A DNA stretch of 64,000 nt, taken from NCBI GenBank assembly GCA_963823665.1, contig CAWGMQ010000002.1, positions 96,001 through 160,000 of the forward strand. The letters run 5' to 3'. This stretch comes from an uncultured Planctomycetota bacterium. Lineage in GTDB: Bacteria > Planctomycetota > Planctomycetia > Isosphaerales > Isosphaeraceae. Shown here in pieces: positions 25,995 to 35,831 of this stretch. The stretch's first letter is position 1. The number at the start of each line of letters is the position of its first letter. A program made the position numbers and the translations under genes. The notes below the pieces were generated by a model, which saw only the letters and a list, made by a program, of their open reading frames with translations, was not told the DNA's origin and made no database searches.

Positions 25995-26327
25995 ACTTAT
26001 GACAAAAACGTCGCCTCCAAGATCGAATTCCAGAAGAAGGCAACCAAGAAGAAGGATAATTGATCCCGCGGCCGAAGTTACCACGTTTACAAACCCACCA
26101 CGCCCCTCCAGTCGCGCGTGACCACGAAAGGTCTCGCGCGTCTCGTTCGCTGTGCCCACCGCATACGCCGCCATGCGTGCATTGCGCCACGCGGATTCGT
26201 AACCTCATGCGCCGCAAAATGCGAAATAGAGCGAGCTCACCATTTATCCAAGAAAAATGGACGCGCCGGTCTCTCGAACACAAGAGTAGGGTAAATCGAT
26301 TCGAGAGAACGGGAGGTCGCTCCGAAC

Positions 26328-27961
26328 ATGCCGGGAGAATCGGCGCGCCAGCTCTTGCACAGCTCAACACGCTTTTTCGCAGCGGAGTGGCCGGGCCACT
26401 GAGCGATGACGAATTGCTCCAGCAGTTCGTGGCCGGTGCGGATGAATCCGCCGAGGCCGCGTTTGCGGCCTTGGTCGACCGGCATGGCGCCATGGTTCTT
26501 GGGGTTTGTCGCCGGGTGTTGGGCAATCGACACGCCGCCGAAGATGCGTTCCAGGCCACGTTCCTGGTGCTTTCACGAAAAGCGCCGGAGATTGCAAGGC
26601 GGGAGCAGTTGGCTGGCTGGCTCTACGGCGTCGCCCGTCGCGCCGCGCTCGATGCCCGCGCCCGAGCCTCCCGCCGGCGAGCCAACGAGAAACGCCTACG
26701 TATCATGACAGCGGCAGACGACGCCGACGAGATTCAGATGACCGAGCTTCGCTCGATTCTGGACGAGGAGCTAGGCCGCCTTCCGGAGCGCCACCGCGCT
26801 GCACTCATTCTGTGCGAGCTTGAAGGCCTCTCTCGCCGAGAAGCCGCCGGCCGGCTCGGAGTGTCCGAGGGAACGCTTTCAAGTCGATTGGCCCGAGCCA
26901 AGATGAGGTTACGAGAACGCCTCACCCGGCGCGGCCTGGCTCTCTCTTCGGTTGCGCTCGCCACCGCGTTGACTCAGGATATTCAAGCACTGTCCGTCCC
27001 GCCGTCCCTCGTTGATTCGACGATCCACATCGCGGCCATGGTCGCGACCAGTTCTTCCCTGGCCGAAGTTGCCTCGACTTCGATCGTCACACTGACTGAA
27101 GGAGTCCTGAAAGCCATGCTTCTGTCCAAACTCAAACTCGCCTTCCTCGGCGTGATCACCGTCGCGATTCTCGCGACGGGAGCCGGCGTGGTGGCACAAG
27201 ATCGTCCGTCTGACAACGACCGCCTCAGAAACCTTGAGCGTAAGGTCGACAGGCTCCTCGAAGTCCTCGGCGGGGCCGGCCGGCGCACGACGACGAGCCC
27301 CGCACAGAATTCCACGCCTGAGTCCAATGAACCAGCTCCGGTGGTAGCTTCAACACCCGCCGCTCCAGCCGCACCCGCTGCCATCGCGGCTGTGCCACCC
27401 CCCCCGGTCGCGCCCGCGATGCCCGCCGCTGCGCCCGCCCCGGCCGCCACACCGCAGCCTGAGGTTCTCGCAAATCGCTCCAGTCACACCACCCCCCGCT
27501 GCACTACCCGGGATGGCACCTCCAGCTCGTCCGGGCCAATCCAGCTCGCTCAATCGGCGAGTCGACATGCTCGAACAGCGGCTGGCTAAGCTGGAACAAC
27601 GACTGGCCGAATTCGAGCGGCGCTTGGGCAGCGCTGCGCGGCCAATGCCTCCGCCCCATCTGCCGGATTCGCGACTACACCGCTGCCTGCTTCTCGAGCT
27701 CTGGCCCCCTCCGGCGCTGCTCTCAGCGTTCCCCCCGTGTCTCCGACGGGTACAGCGCCCGCCGGCGGCGGTCCTCTAGCCCCAGTCCCCCCAATCCCGC
27801 CCTCAGAGGGCGCACCGACATCCGCGCCCGAAGGTGATGCTCTACCATCCCCGGGTGCAGTGCTCGCGGACGAACCCTCGCGCGCTGAGATCTCCGCCGC
27901 GGAGCCTCCCGCGGCCACGGTGCTGCCGCCGACTTCAGTTGAAGCACCTCGTTCGAACTGA
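26328..27961 (+). CDS. ECF sigma-70 factor with TM segment and Pro/Ala-rich C-terminal extension (frameshifted)
   Basis: RBS gggagg + ATG 26328; LSDDELLQQF, AFAALVDRHGAMVLGVCRRVL, AEDAFQATFLVL, GTLSSRLARA; two short coiled segments (RLRNLERKVDRLL, RVDMLEQRLAKLEQRL). Confidence 0.85.
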
Positions 27962-28102
27962 TCCCCAAAGCGAATCGCGTCATTCGATCGCCCGCACCTT
28001 GTCAGCCGGTCCCGACCGACCGTGGCCCGCACCTTGTATGCTTCTCAGAACGGGAGCATCATGGTTCTCATTGGGACTGACCGGCTGACGAGGGGGTGGC
28101 GC

Positions 28103-28726
28103 ATGCCTTTGTACCGGTTTTCCATTCCCGCGCGGATTCTCTCAGTCGTCATCGCGATCGCCCTGGTGTTGAATCTGGGCTGCGGTAACGCAGATCCGCT
28201 TCCATCCCCTCAACAATTGACGATCAAGCTTCGGAGTACAGCGTTCGCTGACGGTGGGATGATCCCTCAAAGGTTCACCTGTGACGGATCAGATCGATCG
28301 CCAGATCTGAGCTGGTCCGGGGTGCCCGAGAACTCCCGCACACTGGCGCTGATTTGCGACGATCCCGATGCACCCGCCGGCACCTGGTCGCACTGGGTCG
28401 TTTTCAATCTGCCCGCTCAAGTCACGGGTCTCAAAGAGGGAGTTCCCGCGAGCGAGCGCGTACCGAACACATCGATGGAGGAATCATCGCCCGCAGGAAG
28501 CGATCGCGACGCAACACAGGGCAAGAACGATTTCGGTAAGCTCGGCTACGGAGGGCCATGCCCGCCCGGCGGAACTCACCGCTACTTCTTCCGGCTCTAC
28601 GCGCTCGATGCCAGGCTCGAGCTTGGACCCGAAGCTACGCGGGCCAATGTGCTCAAGGCGATCAAGGGCCACATCCTCGCCGAAGGACGGCTGATCGGCA
28701 AATACACCCGAGGCGCAAAGGACTGA
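28103..28726 (+). CDS. YbhB/YbcL family (PEBP/RKIP-like) lipoprotein
   Basis: LALICDDPDAPAGTWSHWVVFN, GYGGPCPPGGTHRYFFRLYALD; lipobox-like LNLGC. Confidence 0.93.
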   Translation: MPLYRFSIPARILSVVIAIALVLNLGCGNADPLPSPQQLTIKLRSTAFADGGMIPQRFTCDGSDRSPDLSWSGVPENSRTLALICDDPDAPAGTWSHWVVFNLPAQVTGLKEGVPASERVPNTSMEESSPAGSDRDATQGKNDFGKLGYGGPCPPGGTHRYFFRLYALDARLELGPEATRANVLKAIKGHILAEGRLIGKYTRGAKD

Positions 28727-28912
28727 TCGACCACAAGGAGTGGTTTTCATCCTTTACCGAGTCGGTCGTTTCGTCTGTACACGTCGACGGTTAGCCGGTA
28801 GAAGCATCTACGGCGCCTACCAACGCAGAGTTGGGTGGCATCACACACGCGTTTGCCGGACGGTGGTTGCATTGGTCGCATGTCCGTCCGCAGCAACGGA
28901 GAACGAAGCGCG

Positions 28913-29944
28913 ATGGCAGCTCCGAGGCGATGGTTCCTCATTGGCATTCTCGCCTCGACCGCGCTCGCACCCGGCCGAGCCGAGGGATCCGGGGAATTAA
29001 AGCTCAGCAAGGACTTCCTCGACGCGATCGTTGAAAAACTCCCACCTTGCGCCTTTGATAAGGCTGACCGATATCGCGGCTCGGTCCATTCGTTCCGGCT
29101 CAATGCAATTGAGGTTCGCACGCGACGGCTCTTGATCGGCTGCCAGATTGAAGGCGAGTTCCACCCGCCGGTGAGCGGCCCCATCTCCGATCGCGTCGGT
29201 CGCAGTCCGGATACGCAGGAAGGATGGCGGAAGTTTCGCTTCGAAGTCAAAGCCAGCGTCAACATCGAACCGGGGCCGAACGGTGCACCTCGGTTTCGGA
29301 TCGAGATCGATGAAGTCAAGCGCCGTGAGCTGGACGGCTTTTCGGGCGTGGTCGCCCGCTTTCTTGGTCAGTATTTCGATGAGCTGGTAACGCAGATCGC
29401 CGGTGGCAGGGCCTCGAAGCTCAACCGGAAGCTGAACGACGAGATCCAGAAGCGGGTGACGCTATTCAAGGATTATGGCATCCTGTGCGGTATCGACTAC
29501 AAGAAGACCGAAATCGCCCTTCATTTCGACGCCACGCGATTTCAGCTCGAAGGTATCACCGGCTACGTCTTCGCAGAGCCGCTTCCGGGCACCACTCCTC
29601 TGGAGCGCTGGCTGCACCCGAAGAACGGATCACACTACTACACGACCACTCCGCATGCGCCCGACCGACCCAACTCCGTCAGCGATGGAGTCTGCTGCCA
29701 TGTGTTCAATTCCCCGATTCCCGATTCCGTTGCCGTGTATCATTGGCGCGCCCCCCGCGACGATTTCTACACGACGGCGCCGACCGGTGAAAATGCCCCC
29801 CGGCTCGGGTTCAATCCACAGGGAATCGCGTTTTATGTTTACAAAGATCCCCAGCCGGGCGCGGTTCCGCTGTACCGCTTCCACGACCCGGTTCGCCACC
29901 AGCACTTCTACACAACTCATCCTCATGCGGAATTTGCCAAGTAG
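28913..29944 (+). CDS. Secreted hypothetical protein with C-terminal HxYT repeats (DUF5648-like)
   Basis: Signal peptide; three repeats PLERW..SHYYTT, AVYHW..DDFYTT, PLYRF..QHFYTT. Confidence 0.7.
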   Translation: MAAPRRWFLIGILASTALAPGRAEGSGELKLSKDFLDAIVEKLPPCAFDKADRYRGSVHSFRLNAIEVRTRRLLIGCQIEGEFHPPVSGPISDRVGRSPDTQEGWRKFRFEVKASVNIEPGPNGAPRFRIEIDEVKRRELDGFSGVVARFLGQYFDELVTQIAGGRASKLNRKLNDEIQKRVTLFKDYGILCGIDYKKTEIALHFDATRFQLEGITGYVFAEPLPGTTPLERWLHPKNGSHYYTTTPHAPDRPNSVSDGVCCHVFNSPIPDSVAVYHWRAPRDDFYTTAPTGENAPRLGFNPQGIAFYVYKDPQPGAVPLYRFHDPVRHQHFYTTHPHAEFAK

Positions 29945-29983
29945 ACGCGCACACACAAACACGACTGCGAGCAGCCCTGCGCC

Positions 29984-31261
29984 TCACTCCTCACCGGCGA
30001 GGATTGCAGACACGCCCTCGATGACCCGAGCTACTTCTTCGCTTGTTGAGTAACAGGCACAGCCGATCCGGACGAACCCTGAGTCGCCCACGCCCAGCCG
30101 TCGCGCGACGGTTGTCGCGTAAAAGTCGCCATGAGACGCAAACACGCCCCGGTCCGCGAGCCGCCGGGATACCTCTGCCGAAGCGTGGCCTCTCACGGTG
30201 AACGAGAGCGTGGGCGTTCGCCGCGCCTCTGGCGGAGGGCCGAAGAGCGTCACGCCGGCGAGATCGCCCAGTCCTTCCCAGAGCTCTTTCAGCAGCACGC
30301 AACCTCGCTGATGAAAGCTCTCGAACACGCAGCGCAGGCGCGCTCGGCGGTCGGCGCACGTCGTTCCCTCGGCAGGCGTTGCCAGTGAAGCCACGTAGTC
30401 CACCGCGGCTGCCGCGCCAACGATACCCTCGTGGTTCTGCGTTCCGGTCTCGATCCGTTCCGGGGCTCCTTCCGGCGCGGGCTCGAGCTTGGCAACGTCA
30501 AGCGCGTCGAGCTGCTCTCGCCGGCCATAAAGCACGCCCAGATGCGGTCCGTGGAACTTGTAGGCGGAGCACGCGAGAAAGTCGCAGCCCCACTCCTTCA
30601 CGTCGATTAACTCGTGAGGCGCGAAGTGTACGGCGTCGATGAACGACACTGCTTCGGCCTCGCGCGCCATCGCAACAGCGCGAGCAACATCGTTGATCGT
30701 CCCCAGAGCATTGGAAGCCGCGCCAATCGCTAGCAGCCGGGTGCGGTGGTCGTTGAGGCACCGAGCTAGGTCGGTCCAGTCCAGTTCGCCGGTTTCCGGA
30801 ATCATCCGTGCTTGCAAGATCTTCACGCCGCGTTCTCGTTCGAGCGCCCGCCACGGATCGATGTTGGCATGATGATCGAGCTCTGTGACAACAACCGCGT
30901 CGCCCGCGCCCAAGCGACGCCCGAGCGCTCGCGCCAGATGAAACGTCAGTGTGGTCATATTTGCGCCGAACGCAATTTCCGCGGGCGTCGCATTCAGGAA
31001 GTCTGCGAGCGCGATCCGCGCTTCGAGCAGCGCCGAATCCGTTTCGGCACTGCTCGGAAACGCCCAGTGTGTGTTGGCGTTATGGTGATACAGATAATCG
31101 AGCATCGCCTCGGCGACGACTCGCGGAACCTGCGTTCCCCCCGGCCCGTCGAAATAAGCAACACGATGGCCGCGATGAATACGTTCGAGCGCTGGAAAGT
31201 CAGCGCGGATCTCGTTCGTCGACGCAACCGTTAAACGAGCCTCGATCGTGCGATGCGTCAT
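29984..31261 (-). CDS. Cysteine desulfurase-like class V PLP enzyme
   Basis: YFDGPGGTQVP, ELDHHANIDPW, DAVHFAPH, CSAYKFHGPH, ETGTQNHEG. Confidence 0.93.
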   Translation of the reverse strand: MTHRTIEARLTVASTNEIRADFPALERIHRGHRVAYFDGPGGTQVPRVVAEAMLDYLYHHNANTHWAFPSSAETDSALLEARIALADFLNATPAEIAFGANMTTLTFHLARALGRRLGAGDAVVVTELDHHANIDPWRALERERGVKILQARMIPETGELDWTDLARCLNDHRTRLLAIGAASNALGTINDVARAVAMAREAEAVSFIDAVHFAPHELIDVKEWGCDFLACSAYKFHGPHLGVLYGRREQLDALDVAKLEPAPEGAPERIETGTQNHEGIVGAAAAVDYVASLATPAEGTTCADRRARLRCVFESFHQRGCVLLKELWEGLGDLAGVTLFGPPPEARRTPTLSFTVRGHASAEVSRRLADRGVFASHGDFYATTVARRLGVGDSGFVRIGCACYSTSEEVARVIEGVSAILAGEE

Positions 31262-31415
31262 GTGAGCTCTCTCGGCATACCGGCGCTGCCGGCTGCGCGA
31301 TTCGAGTCCGGCAGTCTGAGCCAGCTCGGGCTGGCATCTGGGCGTTCTCTCGGCGAGGATGGGTCACGTGCATCGTAACCATTGTCAACCTGGGAAGCGA
31401 GTCGGGAGCACGTTG

Positions 31416-31706
31416 ATGATCTGTGTGGCCGTAATCTACGTCGTCAAGGCGGGATACGAAGACGAGGCCGTCGCGCTATTCGACAAACTCACCGTGCACA
31501 CGCGTGCCGAGCCGGGCTGCCGCATGTACCTGGCACACCGCTCGATCAGCGAGCCGCGACGGTTCTTCCTCTACGAACAATACGACGATCAAGCCGCGCT
31601 CGATGCTCACCGGGCGGCACCCCACTTCGAGCAGTACGCCAAGGGCGGCCTCTTCCCCATCATCGAAAGCAGATCCCCCGAGATTTACAGTCCGCTCGGC
31701 GACTGA
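31416..31706 (+). CDS. ABM-family putative quinol monooxygenase
   Basis: TRAEPGCRMY, FFLYEQYDDQAALDAHRAAPHF. Confidence 0.9.
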   Translation: MICVAVIYVVKAGYEDEAVALFDKLTVHTRAEPGCRMYLAHRSISEPRRFFLYEQYDDQAALDAHRAAPHFEQYAKGGLFPIIESRSPEIYSPLGD

Positions 31707-31930
31707 AATTGACATAGAAGCCAGCGCGGGCAAGCCCGCCATTTCGGCGCAAGCCGAACGACGCGCCGCGACGACATCTCCGTCAACAAAGCGCGTGCTT
31801 GAGACTCTCCGTGACGGGAGACCCACTCCTAAGAAAAAAATGGGCGCGCAAGTTCCACGCCTGGACTCGAACAGCCACCGGCGCTCGAGCCAGGCGTGAG
31901 CCGATCACACACCTCAAAGCCTCGGAACGC

Positions 31931-32693
31931 TCACTTGGGGTTGATCGCCGGAGGCGCTGGAATTGTTGTTCGCGATGGAGCGGTCACACCGGATGGGACC
32001 GTCGCCGGGGGTGTACTACCCGCTGGCAAGTCTGTATTCGGGACATTGTAGGTCGTGGGAGTGTACACAGTACCTGTCGTAGCCGGGGCGAGCGAGCCCG
32101 TCGACGTGCCCGCAGGGGTTGTCGCGGCCGGGACCGTGTAATAGGTCGGCGGCGTATAGTAGTAACCGGGGCTGCTCGTGTAGTAGTAAGTCGGTGTCGC
32201 CGTGTTGGCTGCGGTCGTGTAGTAAGTTGGCGTCATCGGCTGCACGAACCGGCGCCGGAACAGACCGAACGGGAAGCCACGACGAACCGGTGTGTAGTAC
32301 GTCTGTGCAGGCACGGTGTACACCGGAGCCGAACCGGTGGTGTAATAGTAATACGTCCCCGGCGCTGCCGTGCCGTACACCATGTTTCCGTTGCGTGCGG
32401 GGTAGTAGTAGGTCGTGCCGTTCGTCGGAACCGTTGTTGTCGCGCCCGGCCCAGCTACGGAACTTCCGGAATTGGTCGCGGACGCAGGCGATACTATCGG
32501 GTTCGCCACGCCTTGCTGTATCGCAGTCGACGGATTTGTCACTGCGGCTGCCTCAGATGCTTGGATGTTGGGAACCGAACTACTCACCGCCGATGGCTGA
32601 GTGCTGGGCTGTTGCGCGAAGAGACTGGTTCTCGCCGACCCAAGCAAGAATGGCTGCGGTCAGCATGACACAGAGGCCCAGGTTGCTGCGCAT
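31931..32693 (-). CDS. Secreted low-complexity Thr/Tyr/Pro-rich protein (frameshift near 32620)
   Basis: GGAGGA RBS + ATG 32693, hydrophobic leader; YYYT/P repeats; VRRGFPFGLFRRR motif. Confidence 0.7.
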
Positions 32694-32870
32694 GGTGAAG
32701 TCCTCCATAGTGACATGGTCCTCAAGAACTCAACGCAAACGTGCCAAATGGCTGGCAAAAAGCATGCCGTCCAGGGTTCCGATGGTTGGTCTTGTCCTGG
32801 TAGAAGTGAATACAAAACGAACGCGATCTGACATGAGTTTGATTCAGACGTCCGGCATCATGGCAACCCG

Positions 32871-33281
32871 TTACTCTCTCCGATTCTCCTTCCGGATCAC
32901 CAGCTTCAGCCCGGACCATGTCTCGTCGACGGCACAGACCTTGATGTCGACTAGCCCCAGCGGAAGCGCAATCTCGCGGACCGTATGCTCAGTGACTTCA
33001 GAAGGAACGCCGGAAGACTTCTTCGGCCATGACACCCAGATGATTCCGCTCTGCTTGATCTTCTTCTGGAGAGTTTTCAGCGACGCTCGGAGCTCTGACC
33101 GGCCTTTGGTAAAGACGTGCACCAGGTCGAGTTCGTGTTCGGCCCTCGACAAGATCACCACGTTTTCAGGAAGCGGATCGACGAGCGCCGCATAGTCGCC
33201 AGGCGCATTCACAACGTGAACGATCATCCCTGGCTTGATCCCCAACTTCCGCGCCAGAGGTGTCCCCGAATATCCTGGCAT
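32871..33281 (-). CDS. DUF3052 family protein
   Basis: MPGYSGTPLARKLGIKPG...IWVSWPKKSS...GLVDIKVCAVDETWSGLKLVIRKE. Confidence 0.9.
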   Translation of the reverse strand: MPGYSGTPLARKLGIKPGMIVHVVNAPGDYAALVDPLPENVVILSRAEHELDLVHVFTKGRSELRASLKTLQKKIKQSGIIWVSWPKKSSGVPSEVTEHTVREIALPLGLVDIKVCAVDETWSGLKLVIRKENRRE

Positions 33282-33462
33282 CTGGATGGCGTCTTTCTTT
33301 CTTGTAGCGGCGCGATGGCGCATGGCTTCATACCAGATTGTATCAATCGCCAAGACGGCTCGCTTCTGCGAGTGGTTGACGGCACACTGATGGGCAGCAA
33401 GGCGATTTCAGCAAGAGTCGCCGTCGCATCGATTCCTCTACACCGTCAGCGAGGTGAAGCAC

Positions 33463-34255
33463 GTGTTCGGTTTGTTCAAGCAGCGAAGGCGCAATCGGTT
33501 GAGAGCCTGCGCCCTTTCCGACTGACTGGCTGACGATCGTCGAGAAGAACGTCCGATTTTACACGTGCCTTCCCGAGGCCGACCGGCTCGAGCTTCGAGG
33601 ATTGATCCAGGTCTTCCTCGCCGAGAAGATTTTCGAAGGCTGCGGCGGGCTGGTTTTGACCGACGAGATCAAGGTGACGATAGCCGCCCAGGCGTGCTTG
33701 CTCTTGCTTCACCGTGACACTGACATCTACCCCAGGCTCACCACGGTGCTCGTCTATCCCAGCGCTTATATTGCCAGAGCCATCAAGCCGATTGGAAGCG
33801 GGCTTGCTCTGGAAGGTGAGAACGTGAACCTGGGTGAATCGTGGACCAACGGGATCGTCGTGTTGTCGTGGGATGAAATCCGCGCAGGTGCGTCGGACGT
33901 TCAGGATGGCAGAAATCTGGTGCTCCATGAGTTTGCCCATCAACTGGATCGAGAAGACGGCGCCGTGGACGGGACCCCGCTCCTGGATCAGCGCAGTCAG
34001 TATGTTGCCTGGGCTCGCGTTCTGAATGCCGAGTACGAGCGGCTCAAACGCGAAAGCTGGATGGGGCGGCCCACTGTCCTCGACGAATACGGCGCCACCG
34101 ACCACGCCGAATTCTTCGCTGTCGCAACGGAATGCTTCTTCGAAAAGCCGAGAGTCCTCGAAAAACGACATCCCGAGCTCTACGCCGAATTGCGATCCTT
34201 CTATCGGCAAGATCCCGCGACACTTCTGCCCCAAACTCACCGGCCAGGCCCGTGA
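33463..34255 (+). CDS. Zinc-dependent peptidase M90 (MtfA family); N-terminus frameshifted
   Basis: IAAQACLLLL, GESWTNGIVVLSW, NLVLHEFAHQLD, YGATDHAEFFAVATECFFEKP; GTG start MFGLFKQRRR. Confidence 0.9.
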
Positions 34256-34269
34256 ACGAATGATTCTCA

Positions 34270-35052
34270 TCACGCGGACCAGCGCAATTGAACGAACACC
34301 TCGGCCGTTGCGAACAGGTTCGCAAGCGCGTGCAGCAGCACTGTGAGCAATAGCGAAGAGCTTCCATAACGCACGATGCCGAGATAGAGGCCCATCACCG
34401 CGACTCCCAGGACGCCGTACCAATCGTACTGGAAATGAATGAGTGCAAAAATCGTTGTGCTGACGATGATTGCTGCGACAGGCCCGGCTCTAGACGATGC
34501 GATTCCTCTGTACAGAAACCCGCGAAACAGAATCTCATCGCCCAGCGGCGCCAGCACGACCACCGCGAAGACGAGAAAGGGCGGCTACGAGTTGCGGTAG
34601 AAGTCCACCATGATCTTCGGCACAAGTGGGCGGCTGAGGAAGTACGAGGTTAAATCCGTTCCCACAAGCACGACAGCGAGGCCCGCTATCGCCACGGACA
34701 GTGATCGCGCGGTTGGCCTCCTCAGACCAAGGTATTCTCGGATGGGACACCCTCTGAGCCAGATGAGCAGGATAACAAACCCAGCGAGTGCGGGTGTGCT
34801 CGCGAGCGTCGCCGCTGCCAGCATATTGCCGTTGATCGAGAGATCAGCGACGATCGCCCTAAGATCATCGAGCTTCGCACCAGGCTGTGCTGCAATCTGG
34901 ACGATTGCGAAGATGGTCTCTACCGCGATCTGCACGCCAAACAACACGAACAAACACAGGATAGTCCAGCCCACGGTCCCCAGCGAATCCTCGTATGACG
35001 GCGATCGGTATCGGTCGTCCGGTCCTATGCCCAGGAGTCGACCTACGCTCAA
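34270..35052 (-). CDS. CPBP (CAAX/Abi) intramembrane metalloprotease; frameshift near 34580
   Basis: APLGDEILFRGFLY, FALIHFQY, HALAN; several TM segments. Start uncertain. Confidence 0.82.
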
Positions 35053-35070
35053 CCTCAGTGGAGCGACCGC

Positions 35071-35382
35071 GTGAATACCTGGACCGTTCTGTACTGGATC
35101 GGCTGCATCGTGGGTGCCGCAGGAGGCCTCTACGCTTTACACAGATTCGCGCTTCATCTGGAAGAGCGTGGGCACCTCTACTATCTGAACAAGAAGCCGA
35201 AAAGCAGCACGATCGGCTCCTTTGTCGCCCTGCAAAGAGCACTCGAGCCCCAGGTTCAGCATGTGATCCGCGTAACAGAAGAGACCCATCTCCACGGAGA
35301 AGAGGGCGGTTCCGGCCAGGGTGATCCCGAAGGCCGCAATGCTCTAGGCACCGAATGCACCGAGTCTCCCGGAACGGTCTGA
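35071..35382 (+). CDS. Small hypothetical membrane protein
   Basis: GGAG RBS + GTG; N-terminal TM, then LEERGHLYY motif. Confidence 0.65.
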   Translation: MNTWTVLYWIGCIVGAAGGLYALHRFALHLEERGHLYYLNKKPKSSTIGSFVALQRALEPQVQHVIRVTEETHLHGEEGGSGQGDPEGRNALGTECTESPGTV

Positions 35383-35831
35383 CTCGCCTTCCAGCGGGTG
35401 GCTCAGCACGGATCGAGCAGCGCCAATCGTCGCACAACAACGTCAGGTAGATCGGTCACCGAATGCTTGGTGCCACAAATCGCAGTCATTCCCGGAAGAT
35501 CCTCGCTCGTCCACTCTGGCCCCATCGCCGCCGCCACTGAAACACCGTCCGGCGGCGCTAGAGTCGGGCGAACGACCGTGTCGGCCCAGGCGTATCGAGG
35601 ACGCTCGTATTCAAATCGACGGCCGTGGTCCATGATTCAACGGCTCCCCTTCGCGTCAGTCGGTGACAGCGTGTCCAACACATTCTATCCGCCGATCACA
35701 GCAAAGTTTATGCTCAGTAGAAGCTTGGCAGCCCGATCCGAACGGAAAATTCCCAGGAATTCTGAAATGGCGAGCCCCTCTGAATGTCACTACGGTATGA
35801 GATCGGCCCGATGACGAGAGGGTAACGACGA

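Larger units (their letters stand above)
23787..26063 (+). pseudogene. Small secreted Lys/Asp-rich protein gene interrupted by an IS (5' part 23787-24083, 3' part 26001-26063)
   Basis: RBS aggagga; signal peptide ending VFA|EEL. Removing the IS and one TSD copy restores ...VNVKVTY-DKNVASKIEFQKKATKKKDN*. Confidence 0.88.
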
